A stretch of 64,000 bases of DNA, from positions 896,001 to 960,000 of the forward strand of contig JBGARZ010000001.1 of assembly GCA_044229975.1 (NCBI GenBank), in the 5' to 3' direction. The stretch comes from Polyangiales bacterium (GTDB taxonomy: Bacteria > Myxococcota_A > Polyangia > Polyangiales > Ga0077539). A program made the position numbers and the translations under genes. The first letter of the stretch is position 1. Each line of letters begins with the position of its first letter. Below, piece after piece: positions 55,187 to 64,000 of the stretch. A model generated the notes under the pieces. The model was not told where the DNA came from and searched no databases. It saw only the letters and a program-made list of their open reading frames with translations.

Positions 55187-56110
55187 ATGCAGCAACCCCA
55201 TCGGTCGACGCAGGGCGCGAGCGATCTGGTGCTCCCCTTCTGGCAGGCGATCCCGGAGGGCGTGCGCCTCATCCTCGTCGCCGGGCTGCGCATCGCCATC
55301 GCCCTCCTCATCGCCCGCGCGCTGCTGAAACTCGTGCCGCGCCTGGAGAAGTTCATCACCAGGCGCGCCACGCGTGGGGTCACCAACGACTCGCTCGCCA
55401 CGGCGTCGATGATCCAGGAGAGCCAGCGCACCGAGACCCTCGTGCGGGTGTCGGGCTCGGTCGCGCGCGCCTTCGTCTACGCCTCGACGACGGTGACGGT
55501 GCTCGCCAGCGTGGGCCTCGACATCACGCCGGTGCTCGCCGGCGCCGGCATCGCGGGCGTGGCCGTCGGCTTCGGCGCGCAGGCCATCGTGAAGGACTTC
55601 TTCGGCGGCTTCTTCATCCTCATGGAGAACCAGTACGCGGTGGGCGACACCGTCACCATCGGCGCCATCACCGGCACCGTCGAGGAGATGACCATGCGCG
55701 TCACCGTGCTCCGCGACGCCACCGGCCCGCTGCACTTCATCCCCAACGGTGGCATCGGAACGGTCACCAACCGCACCCACTCCTGGCAGCGCGCCATTGT
55801 AGAAGTGAGCTCGCCGTGGAGCGTTCCCGTGGAGCGCGCCCGCAGCGCACTTCTGGCCGCGGTGCAGCCCCTCGTCGACGACCCGTCGAAGCACAACCTC
55901 CGCAGCCCGGTGGAGCTCGAAGGCCCGCTCGACTTCAACGGCGAGCGAGTCACGTGGCGCCTCTCCGCGCGCTGCGAACCCAAGAAGCTCCCGCTCGCCC
56001 GAGGCGCCATCCTCGACGCGCTCCAGCGGGCCCTCCCCCGCAGCGGCGACATCGAGCGCCCCGACTGGTCGAAGGTGCGCGACGAGGGTGGTCAGTCCGG
56101 CCCCGGTTGA
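55187..56110 (+). CDS. MscS-family mechanosensitive channel
   Basis: LAGAGIAGVAVGFGAQAIVKDFFGGFFILMENQYAVGD, IPNG. Confidence 0.92.
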   Translation: MQQPHRSTQGASDLVLPFWQAIPEGVRLILVAGLRIAIALLIARALLKLVPRLEKFITRRATRGVTNDSLATASMIQESQRTETLVRVSGSVARAFVYASTTVTVLASVGLDITPVLAGAGIAGVAVGFGAQAIVKDFFGGFFILMENQYAVGDTVTIGAITGTVEEMTMRVTVLRDATGPLHFIPNGGIGTVTNRTHSWQRAIVEVSSPWSVPVERARSALLAAVQPLVDDPSKHNLRSPVELEGPLDFNGERVTWRLSARCEPKKLPLARGAILDALQRALPRSGDIERPDWSKVRDEGGQSGPG

Positions 56111-56134
56111 CGCCGTGCGCTCGCGCGCGGTGAA

Positions 56135-57829
56135 GTGTCCCCTGCCGTGTCCGCCCTGCTACGACCGCTCGCCCTGCTGATCGTTCTTGCCGGGTGCACG
56201 GGGCTCGTGGGCGACCGTCCGCCGCCGAGCGCCAACGCCGTCACGCCGCCGGTCGTCACGCCGACACCCGACGCGGGCAACACGCATCCCGACCCGGTGG
56301 TGCTCCCGCCTTTCGCCCCGGCGGGAACGGTGCTCGCTTCGCTCACCACCACGCAGTACCGCAACGCCGCGAGCGACCTCCTCGGCGCGGGCCTGCCCGA
56401 CGTGGCGCTGGAGCCCGACACCAACCCCTATCTCTTCACCGCCATCGGCGCCGCGCGAAGCACCGCCGCCGAGCGCACCGTGCGTGCGTGGGAAGCCGCC
56501 TCACACCGGCTCACCGAGGCAACCTTCGCCGTCCCCGAGCGCCGCGTCGCGCTGGTGGGCTGCACCCCGACCGCGCCCGATGCGCCCTGCGTGCGGACGT
56601 ACTTCGAGCGCTTCCTGCGCCGCGCGTGGCGACGCCCCGCCACCACCGAAGAGCTCGATCGCTTCGTCGCGCTCTGCCGTCGCCTCGGCGCCCGCGACGT
56701 CTGGACCGGGCTCCGCTACGCCACCGCGGCGGCGCTCCAATCACCGAGCTTCCTCTACCGCATCGAGCTCGGCGCCCCCGTCGTCGGCACGCCCGGTCAA
56801 CGCCGTTACACCGCCTACGAGATGGCCTCACGCCTCGCGTTCACCCTCTGGAACTCCGTTCCCGACGACGCCCTCCTCGACGCCGCCGCGCGCGGAGTGC
56901 TCGACCAGCCCGACACCCTTCGCACCGAGGCCCGTCGCCTTCTGCGCAACCCGCGCGCCCGCAACGCCGTGCGAGCGTTCTTCGTGCAGTACCTCGGCCT
57001 CGGCGGACTCGATGGGCTCGCGCGCGACCGGACGCTCTACCCCGACGTCACGCCCGCGCTCACAGCCTCCATGCGCGAGGAGGTCGAGCGCCTCGTCGAG
57101 GACGTCGTCTTCACCCACGACGGGGATTTCCGCGCGGTGTTTTCGGGCGACAGCACCTTCCTCGATACGCGCCTCGCGACCCTCTACGGGATCACGCTCC
57201 CGGCCGGTACCGTGGGCTTCAACCGCGTAGAGCTCCCGGCCCACAGCGGGCGCGGCAGCCTGCTCACCACCGCCGCACTTCTCGCCGTGACCGCGCACCC
57301 CAACGCCACCTCGCCCACGGCCCGCGGTCGCTACGTGCGCGAGCGCCTGCTGTGCGAACGCGTTCCCGATCCCCCGATGAACGTCCCGCTCAACCTCGAC
57401 GCGGGCGACAGCGGCGCGATGCCCACGCTCCGTGAGCGCCTCGAACGCCACCGCCGCGACCCCAACTGCGCGGGCTGCCACCTCCGCACCGATCCCGTTG
57501 GCCTCGGCTTCGAGGACTTCGACGCCATCGGTCGACGCCGCACCATGGAGGCCGGTCGCCCGGTCGACGCGCGCGGCGACCTCGACGGGGTGAGCTTCGT
57601 CGGCGCGAGGGCGCTCGGGGAGATCCTCGCGCGTGACCCGCGGGTGGCCTCGTGCGTCGTTCGGCAGGTGTACCGCTACGCGACGGCGCGGCTGGAGACC
57701 GAAGGCGAAGCCCGCGTGCTCGCCGACCTCGAAGAGCGCTTCGCCGCGCGCAACTACCGCTTCCTGGAGCTGCTGGTCGAGCTCGTGGCGAGCGAGGGCT
57801 TTCGCACCGTCGCCGACGGGGGGAGATAG
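56135..57829 (+). CDS. DUF1592/DUF1588/DUF1595-type lipoprotein with a c-type heme motif
   Basis: LAGC lipobox; QYRNAASDLL, LQSPSFLYR, EMASRLAFTLWNSVPD, TSPTARG, CAGCH, DPVGLGFEDFDAIGR. Confidence 0.9.
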   Translation: MSPAVSALLRPLALLIVLAGCTGLVGDRPPPSANAVTPPVVTPTPDAGNTHPDPVVLPPFAPAGTVLASLTTTQYRNAASDLLGAGLPDVALEPDTNPYLFTAIGAARSTAAERTVRAWEAASHRLTEATFAVPERRVALVGCTPTAPDAPCVRTYFERFLRRAWRRPATTEELDRFVALCRRLGARDVWTGLRYATAAALQSPSFLYRIELGAPVVGTPGQRRYTAYEMASRLAFTLWNSVPDDALLDAAARGVLDQPDTLRTEARRLLRNPRARNAVRAFFVQYLGLGGLDGLARDRTLYPDVTPALTASMREEVERLVEDVVFTHDGDFRAVFSGDSTFLDTRLATLYGITLPAGTVGFNRVELPAHSGRGSLLTTAALLAVTAHPNATSPTARGRYVRERLLCERVPDPPMNVPLNLDAGDSGAMPTLRERLERHRRDPNCAGCHLRTDPVGLGFEDFDAIGRRRTMEAGRPVDARGDLDGVSFVGARALGEILARDPRVASCVVRQVYRYATARLETEGEARVLADLEERFAARNYRFLELLVELVASEGFRTVADGGR

Positions 57830-57837
57830 AGGTCCCG

Positions 57838-59223
57838 ATGCCCCGCACGCTCTCCCGACGAACGCTCCTGCGCGGCATGCTCGGCGGTTCACTCGTCTCG
57901 CTCGCCCTGCCGCCGCTGGAGGCAATGCTCAACTCCCACGGTGAGGCGTGGGCCGACGAGCCCGGTCCCATCCGCCGCTACGGCGTCTTCTTCTGGGGCA
58001 ACGGCTACGCCTGGAACACCCGCGGCCGCCCCGACCGCTGGACCCCGACGCCGGGCCCGATGGGATGGACCCCGTCCGATCAGCTCGCGCCGCTCGGCCC
58101 CGATGGTGCGGGTCGCACGATGACCCACCGCGTGAGCGTCGTCACGGGCCTCGAACCCAAGACGGCCATCCCGGATTCGCCCGGCGGACAGGGCGACGGG
58201 CACATGCGCGGCGTGGCCGTGGCGCTCTCGGGCGACCGTCCACGCTCGGAGGGGTTCCACCACCCCGACCACATCTTCGCGCTCAACCGCCCGACGCTCG
58301 ATCAGGTCATCGCGCGGCACCCGCGCTTCTACACGTCGGCTCCGCGCTTCCGCTCGCTGGAGCTGTCGGTGAGCGCCAACCGCTTCCACGACTACGGCAC
58401 CTGGACGGCCATCTCCTACAACGGCCAGGAGTCGCAGAACCTCCCCATCCGCTCGGTCGACGCCCTCTTCGATCAGCTCTTCGCCGTGCGCTCGTCGGAC
58501 ACCGTCGACCGCGCCCTGCTCCTCGACGCCGTCGCCGACGACGCGCGACGTCTCCAGGGTCTCCTCGGCGCGAGCGACCGCATGCGCGTCGATGCGCATC
58601 TGGAGCACGTTCGCACGCTTCAGCGCGAGCTCACCGGGTCGCAGGCTGCGTGCGGCATGCCCTCGCGCCCGACGCGCGGCGGAGGCTTCGACGGAACGCC
58701 CGGCAACGAGCCGCTCCTCGACAAGGTCGACGCCATGGCGCGGCTGCTCGCGCTCGCGTTGCAGTGCGACATGACCCGGGTGTTCTCGCTGATGTTCACG
58801 GGCCCCGGCTCGCAGACGGTCTTTCGCGACGTGGGCGCCACGACGGGTCTCCACCAGCTCTGCCACGACGAAAACTGGGAGCTGTCCCGCCGCGCCACCA
58901 TCTACTCGATGCAGTGCTTCCGGCGCGTGCTCGACATCCTCGCGGCGGCGCCCGACGTCGGCGGCGGCAGCGTGCTCGACAACCTGGTGCTGCTCGGCAC
59001 GAGCGAGTTCTCCGCGGGCGACATCCACGAGGTGGGTAACTTCCCGGTGCTCCTCGCGGGTGGTGGCTCTGGCGCGCTGCGACCGGGCGCGCACATCCAC
59101 ATGCCGTCGGGCAACCTCGCGAGCGTTCATCTGACCATCCAGCAGGCGCTCGGCCTCGGGGTGGACGCGTTTGGCTACAACGGCGGTGAGACCCGGGACG
59201 CCATCGCGCAGGTGCTGCGTTGA
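57838..59223 (+). CDS. DUF1552-family Tat-exported protein
   Basis: LSRRTLLRG...LALPPLEAM; TLDQVIA, ALQCDMTRV, HQLCH, SVLDN, FPVLLAG. Confidence 0.9.
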   Translation: MPRTLSRRTLLRGMLGGSLVSLALPPLEAMLNSHGEAWADEPGPIRRYGVFFWGNGYAWNTRGRPDRWTPTPGPMGWTPSDQLAPLGPDGAGRTMTHRVSVVTGLEPKTAIPDSPGGQGDGHMRGVAVALSGDRPRSEGFHHPDHIFALNRPTLDQVIARHPRFYTSAPRFRSLELSVSANRFHDYGTWTAISYNGQESQNLPIRSVDALFDQLFAVRSSDTVDRALLLDAVADDARRLQGLLGASDRMRVDAHLEHVRTLQRELTGSQAACGMPSRPTRGGGFDGTPGNEPLLDKVDAMARLLALALQCDMTRVFSLMFTGPGSQTVFRDVGATTGLHQLCHDENWELSRRATIYSMQCFRRVLDILAAAPDVGGGSVLDNLVLLGTSEFSAGDIHEVGNFPVLLAGGGSGALRPGAHIHMPSGNLASVHLTIQQALGLGVDAFGYNGGETRDAIAQVLR

Positions 59224-60218
59224 CGGTGCGCCCGCTCGTCGCGACGCTGGCTTGCCTGCTCGCGGCCTGTAGCGAAGCGACCCCCGACATCGACGACGAC
59301 GCCGAGGTGGTCACTCCGAAAGAGGACGCGGCGGTCGACCGCGACGTGACGCCGCCCGAAGCGGGGACGGCCCGCTGCGCCTCGTGGAGCGACTGCGCGG
59401 GCAACCGCGAGCGCCCGAGCTGTGACGTGAGCGCGGGACGCTGCGTGGAGTGCCTCGTGAGCGACGACCGCTGCGCCCCCGCCGACCACTGCGAGGCGAG
59501 CACGCAGCGCTGCGCGCCCGGGTGCCGCAATGACGAGGGATGCGCCAACCCGACGCCCCGCTGCGACGTGGCGCGGCACCAGTGCGTGGCGTGCACGGCG
59601 ACAGCCCATTGCCCCGGCGGCGCGGCCTGCGTCGAGGGCCGCTGCGCCGCAACCGCGTGCCCCGAGGGACGGGGGGACTGCAACCGCAACCCGGCCGACG
59701 GGTGTGAGGTCGACCTCGCGCGCGACGAGGCCCACTGCGGTGCCTGCGGTCGGCGCGGCGCCGAGACGTGCAACCTCGCCGACGACAACTGCAACGGCGC
59801 GTGCGACGACCTCGACGGGTGCCGCGTGGGCATCCACCGCAGCAACGGCCCCGAGCACTTCTACACGGCCAGCCGCGAAGAGGCGCAGTGCTGCGGCTTC
59901 ACCGTGGAGACCTACGATTACTTCTTCCTGTATGCGGCGATGGCCCCCGGGACGGTCGCGCTCTACCGCTGCTACGGCGGCGGGCACCACTTCTACACGT
60001 CGCGCGAAGGCTGCGAGGGCGGCGGCGTCGTCGAGGGGGTCATCGGGTACATCGCGACGACGGCGGTGTGCGGGTCGGTTCCGCTGTACCGGATGCGGCA
60101 CCCGGGGTCGGGCGACAACTTCTACACCGTGAGCGCGGCCGAGCGCGGCAGCGCGGAGGGCCTCGGGTACACCTCCGTCGAGCTCGCGGGCTACGTCTGG
60201 ACGAGGCCCCGGGGATGA
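59220..60218 (+). CDS. Cys-rich lipoprotein with a C-terminal three-repeat (HFYT) domain, DUF5648-like
   Basis: LAAC lipobox; DCN...DGCEVDL...HCGAC; repeats HFYTAS, HFYTSR, NFYTVS. Confidence 0.75.
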   Translation: MTVRPLVATLACLLAACSEATPDIDDDAEVVTPKEDAAVDRDVTPPEAGTARCASWSDCAGNRERPSCDVSAGRCVECLVSDDRCAPADHCEASTQRCAPGCRNDEGCANPTPRCDVARHQCVACTATAHCPGGAACVEGRCAATACPEGRGDCNRNPADGCEVDLARDEAHCGACGRRGAETCNLADDNCNGACDDLDGCRVGIHRSNGPEHFYTASREEAQCCGFTVETYDYFFLYAAMAPGTVALYRCYGGGHHFYTSREGCEGGGVVEGVIGYIATTAVCGSVPLYRMRHPGSGDNFYTVSAAERGSAEGLGYTSVELAGYVWTRPRG

Positions 60219-61069
60219 AGCTTCGCCTCGCCGCGGCGCTCGCCGTTGCCCTCGCGCCGCGCGTCACGCTCGCCCAGAGCGACGAGTCCGACCCGTACAC
60301 CATCGCCGCGCGAAGGGCCGCCGGGCAGACCGTCGAACCCGCCACGTCGCAGTCCATCCAGATGCAGGCGCTTGACGTCTCCGCCGGCGTTCGCCTCTCG
60401 CACCGCGCCCTTCGCTGGAACGACGATCTCTTCGGCGAACAGCGCCCCTACACGCTGCCGCTCGCCCCGTGGCTCACCGTCGACGCGGAGTGGTTTCCCG
60501 GCGCTCACTTCACCAACGGATGGCTCGCGAACCTCGGCGTGTACGCAGGCGTCGGCCTCGCGGTGGGCGTCACCTCCGAGGACACCATGGGCCGCGCCTA
60601 CGACACCTCGGCGCTCGACGTGCGAGCGGGCCTGCGCGGTCGCCTCCCGCTCGGGCGGCACGCGCTCTACGCGGGCCTGGGCTACGAGCTGCGGAGCTTC
60701 TCCCTCGCGCCGCCCGACGACCCCGATGACCCTGGCGTGCCCAGCGTCTCCTACGGATCGGCCACGCTCGACCTCGACGCGCGCGTCGGGCTCGCCACGG
60801 CGTTCACGCTCATCGCGGGTGTCTCCGGCGCGCTCCCGCTCGCCTTCGGCGACCTCGGCGAGCGGCTCTTCCCGGCGACCTCGGGCGGCGCCGTGGAGCT
60901 GCGCGCGGGCCTCGCGTGGGCCTTCCTCTCGCACTACGAGGTGCGCGCCGTCGCCTCCTACCGCCGCTATTTCCTCGCGATGAACCCCTCGCCCGGTGAT
61001 CGCTGGGTGGCGGGCGGCCTCGTCGATGAGTTCGTCTCCCTCTCGCTCTCGGTGGCCCTCCGTCGATGA
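60215..61069 (+). CDS. Probable outer-membrane beta-barrel protein
   Basis: Signal peptide; alternating amphipathic strands; ATGA overlap with the upstream gene. Confidence 0.65.
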   Translation: MKLRLAAALAVALAPRVTLAQSDESDPYTIAARRAAGQTVEPATSQSIQMQALDVSAGVRLSHRALRWNDDLFGEQRPYTLPLAPWLTVDAEWFPGAHFTNGWLANLGVYAGVGLAVGVTSEDTMGRAYDTSALDVRAGLRGRLPLGRHALYAGLGYELRSFSLAPPDDPDDPGVPSVSYGSATLDLDARVGLATAFTLIAGVSGALPLAFGDLGERLFPATSGGAVELRAGLAWAFLSHYEVRAVASYRRYFLAMNPSPGDRWVAGGLVDEFVSLSLSVALRR

Positions 61070-61587
61070 TCGCCCTCCGTCCCTCCCTCGCGGTCGTGCT
61101 CTGCGCTGTCGGTCTGCTCGGTTGCCCCGGCGCCATCGACGACCCCGCTCCCTTCATCGCCGCGCGCATGGACTCCGGGGCCCCGCCCGCCCGCTGCCCC
61201 GAAGGCGTCTCGGTCACGCGCGACCTCTTCATCCCCCACTGCGCGACCGCGGGCTGCCACGACAGCACCACGCAGCTCATCAACCTCGACCTCCAGTCCA
61301 CTGGGGTCGCGGCGCGGCTCATCGGGCGTCGCGCCGCCGCCTGCGGTCAGCGGACCCTCGCCGACCCCAACGACCCCGAGCGCAGCGTGCTGCTCCTCAA
61401 GCTCCGCGCGGCGCCCCCCTGCGGCGACCGCATGCCGCTCGGAACGCCGCCGCTCTCCAACGAAGAGATCGCGTGCGTGCGCGCCTGGATCATCCGCCGC
61501 GGCGAAGAGCCCGACGCCGGAACCCTGCCCGACGCCGCGACGTCGGCGCCCACCGACAGCGGCGTCACGGATGACCTCTCCCGATGA
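61066..61587 (+). CDS. Lipoprotein, cytochrome c-like with a CxxxxCH motif
   Basis: LLGC lipobox; HCATAGCH, DPERSVLLLKL, RMP, IRAWI-like VRAWI. Confidence 0.7.
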   Translation: MIALRPSLAVVLCAVGLLGCPGAIDDPAPFIAARMDSGAPPARCPEGVSVTRDLFIPHCATAGCHDSTTQLINLDLQSTGVAARLIGRRAAACGQRTLADPNDPERSVLLLKLRAAPPCGDRMPLGTPPLSNEEIACVRAWIIRRGEEPDAGTLPDAATSAPTDSGVTDDLSR

Positions 61588-61710
61588 CCCCGGTCGGCCG
61601 CTGCCACAGGCCCACTCGACGAACCCCGCGCCGATGCACTAGCGTCGGGCGTTCGCTCCGTCCCCCAACGGCGCGCACGTCCTACCATCACCCCCAATGA
61701 GGCCCCTCTG

Positions 61711-63447
61711 ATGATCGCACTGGGTCGACTCCAGCGCTTCGTGTTTTCCCTCTGTGCCTTCGCCGCGCTGCTCGTCGGCGCGACCCGCGACGCCGAGGCC
61801 ATTCCCCTGCTCAATGGCTTCGGTGGCCCGACGGGCTATGGCACCCCCGACCATTGCGTTCATCCCAACGATGACGGCTCGTACATGAGCGCCATCGACC
61901 TGCGCCCCGCCTTCCCCGGCGGTCTCAGCTTCTTCGGCAGCACCTACAACAACTTCTATCTCAACAACAACGGCAACATCACGTTCCGCGGCGCGCTCGG
62001 AACGTACACGCCCGCGGCCTTCCCCATCGCCAACCAGCCGATGATCGCCCCGTGGTGGGCCGACGTGGACACCCGCGGCGGCGGTCAGCCGACCAACAAC
62101 TCGATCTGCTTCCACATCGAGCCCAACCGCATCGTCATCACCTGGCACAACGTCGGCTACTTCGCGTCGCACAACGACCGCCTCAACGACTTCCAGATGA
62201 TCCTCTCGACCTCCGGCACCTGCACCACCGGCGGCGACTTCGACGTGGAGTTTCGTTACAACCGCTGCGAGTGGATCACCGGCGACGCCTCCGGCGGCAC
62301 CGGCGGCTTCGGCGGCACGCCCGCCCAGGTGGGCTTCGACGCGGGCGACCGCACCAACTTCGTCGCGCTCACCGAGTCGCGCATGCCGACGATCATCAAC
62401 GTCTGCCGCACCACCAACGTGTCGGGCGGCTCTCCGGGCCTCTACCGCTTCCAGATTCGCGGCGGTCGCGTGGGCGGCGGCTGCACCGGCGCGGGCCTCC
62501 CGTGCACCATCGCCGGCCAGATGGGCGCCTGCGCCATGGGCGTGACGATCTGCGCGGGCACGGGCACCACCTGCCAGCAGGTCAACATGCCGCGCGCTCG
62601 CGCCTGCAACGGCTTCGACAACGACTGCGACGGCACGGTGGACGAGGGCAACGAGCTCTGCGCCTCCAACCAGGTGTGCGACCGCGGCGCCTGCGTCGAC
62701 CGCTGCCAGCCCGAGCTCGGCTGCCTCACGGGCCGCACCTGCTCAGACCGCGGAACCTGCGTCGAGACCTCCTGCCTCGACGTCACCTGCCCGTCGGGTC
62801 AGCGCTGCGCGGGCGGCCGATGCGTGGGCATCTGCGAGGGCGTCAACTGCCCGTGGGCCCAGAGCTGCCGCGCCGGCCGCTGCGTCAACCCGTGCACCGA
62901 CGTGGTGTGCGACGGCCGCGACGTCTGCGACGACGACCCCCGCTCGATGACCTTCGGCCAGTGTGTCGCAGGTTGCCAGTGCCGCCCCTGCCGCAGCGGC
63001 CTTAGCTGCCAGCCCGATGGCCACTGCACCGAAGACGCCTGCACCGGCGTGACCTGCCCGACCGGCCAGCACTGCGAAGAGGGCACCTGCCGCGACTCGT
63101 GCGCGACCGGCCCCGACACCCGGCTCTGCCCCGCGGGTGAAGTCTGCCGCCTCGGCGACTGCACCCCCGGCATGAGCACCACCAACCCCGACGCGGGCGT
63201 CATCCCGGCGACCGACGGCGGCCGACCCACCGGCGACACCGGGCCCGTCACCCGCACCGACAGCGGCGTCCGCACCGACGGCGCCGTTCGCGTCGACTCG
63301 GGCGTGACCTTCCGCTGGACGCCCGCCGACCGCGGTTGCCAGTGCCGCGCGGGCGCAGGCGAGACGTCCCCGCGCTGGGGTGGCCTCGGCGCCCTCGCGC
63401 TCGGTGCCGCCCTCGCCCTGCGTCGCCGCCGCCGCGCCGCGCGCTGA
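61711..63447 (+). CDS. NIDO (nidogen-like) domain + Cys-rich repeats + MYXO-CTERM surface protein
   Basis: NDDGS, YLNNNGNITF, IAPWWADVDTR, TWHNVGY; CNGFDNDCDGTVDE; GCQC...TM...RRRRR tail. Confidence 0.88.
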   Translation: MIALGRLQRFVFSLCAFAALLVGATRDAEAIPLLNGFGGPTGYGTPDHCVHPNDDGSYMSAIDLRPAFPGGLSFFGSTYNNFYLNNNGNITFRGALGTYTPAAFPIANQPMIAPWWADVDTRGGGQPTNNSICFHIEPNRIVITWHNVGYFASHNDRLNDFQMILSTSGTCTTGGDFDVEFRYNRCEWITGDASGGTGGFGGTPAQVGFDAGDRTNFVALTESRMPTIINVCRTTNVSGGSPGLYRFQIRGGRVGGGCTGAGLPCTIAGQMGACAMGVTICAGTGTTCQQVNMPRARACNGFDNDCDGTVDEGNELCASNQVCDRGACVDRCQPELGCLTGRTCSDRGTCVETSCLDVTCPSGQRCAGGRCVGICEGVNCPWAQSCRAGRCVNPCTDVVCDGRDVCDDDPRSMTFGQCVAGCQCRPCRSGLSCQPDGHCTEDACTGVTCPTGQHCEEGTCRDSCATGPDTRLCPAGEVCRLGDCTPGMSTTNPDAGVIPATDGGRPTGDTGPVTRTDSGVRTDGAVRVDSGVTFRWTPADRGCQCRAGAGETSPRWGGLGALALGAALALRRRRRAAR

Positions 63448-63618
63448 CCGCTCCTCCGCTCCCCCATCATCCGCGCGGCTGACGCGCCCCCGCCACTCTC
63501 GACGGGGGCCGCCGCGCTGCGCTATACGACCGACAAGCGCCGTGCGGCCGGTGTGCAAGCGCACCGCTCGGCTCTACTTCTCTTGTTGCGCTAGCGCGCA
63601 GAAACGAGCCGACCGTCC

Positions 63619-64000
63619 ATGACCGCCCCGGGCCAGCTCCGACGTCTCCTCCACGTGTGCGCCGCGATGGCCCTCACGACCCTCGGCGCCCGTGCGGCGG
63701 AGGCCATTCCCCTCATCAACGGCTTCGGTGGCCCGACGGGCTACGGCACGCCCGACCACTGCGTTCATCCCAACGACGACGGCTCGTACTCGGGCCCCAC
63801 GGGCACCGGCGCGGCGGTCGCCATCGACCTGCGCCCGGCCTTCCCCTCGGGCCTCGCGTTCTTCGGGCGCACCTTCGAGAGCTTCTATCTCAACACCAAC
63901 GGCAACATCACGTTCCGCGGGGGTCTCGGCACCTTCACGCCGGCGCCGTTTCCCGTGGCCGAGCAGCCGATGATCGCGCCGTGGTGGGCCGACGTGGACA
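63619..64000 (+). CDS. Second NIDO-domain protein, tandem paralog (3' end runs off the window)
   Basis: Manual translation MTAPGQLRR...AEAIPLINGFGGPTGYGTPDHCVHPNDDGSY...IAPWWADVD. Confidence 0.85.
   Translation, partial: MTAPGQLRRLLHVCAAMALTTLGARAAEAIPLINGFGGPTGYGTPDHCVHPNDDGSYSGPTGTGAAVAIDLRPAFPSGLAFFGRTFESFYLNTNGNITFRGGLGTFTPAPFPVAEQPMIAPWWADVD

Overview
Very high-GC bacterial window, densely coding. It is most likely from a Myxococcota genome (inference from a MYXO-CTERM tail, four Hanks-type Ser/Thr kinases, PEGA/RCC1/NIDO proteins and many Cys-rich lipoproteins with Asp-Ala-Gly-rich linkers). It holds about 55 CDS and one SRP RNA; no CRISPR array, tRNA, rRNA or transposase was recognised. 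The best candidate for an undescribed system is a RiPP-type cluster at ~35.2-43.7 kb. Five minus-strand genes joined by 4-nt overlaps encode an S24/S26 peptidase, two HPr-kinase-like proteins, a PqqD/RRE and a radical SAM/SPASM enzyme. They are followed by a 1266-aa Ig/FG-GAP lipoprotein and a 55-aa precursor with a YxxP leader and two Cys, with a convergent NTP_transf_5 nucleotidyltransferase; no lasso cyclase is present. A second candidate is a same-strand run at 28.2-32.4 kb: a Pyr4/PaxB-like membrane terpene cyclase, a Cld/ChdC heme protein, a highly divergent lipoxygenase (HxxxH ligand motif, C-terminal Tyr) and an FHA/wHTH regulator. Also notable are a strongly structured intergenic element with a perfect 22-bp inverted repeat (18631-18743) and a recurrent kinase/PEGA/RCC1 module. 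All family calls come from motif recognition by eye, not database searches, and start codons are best estimates.
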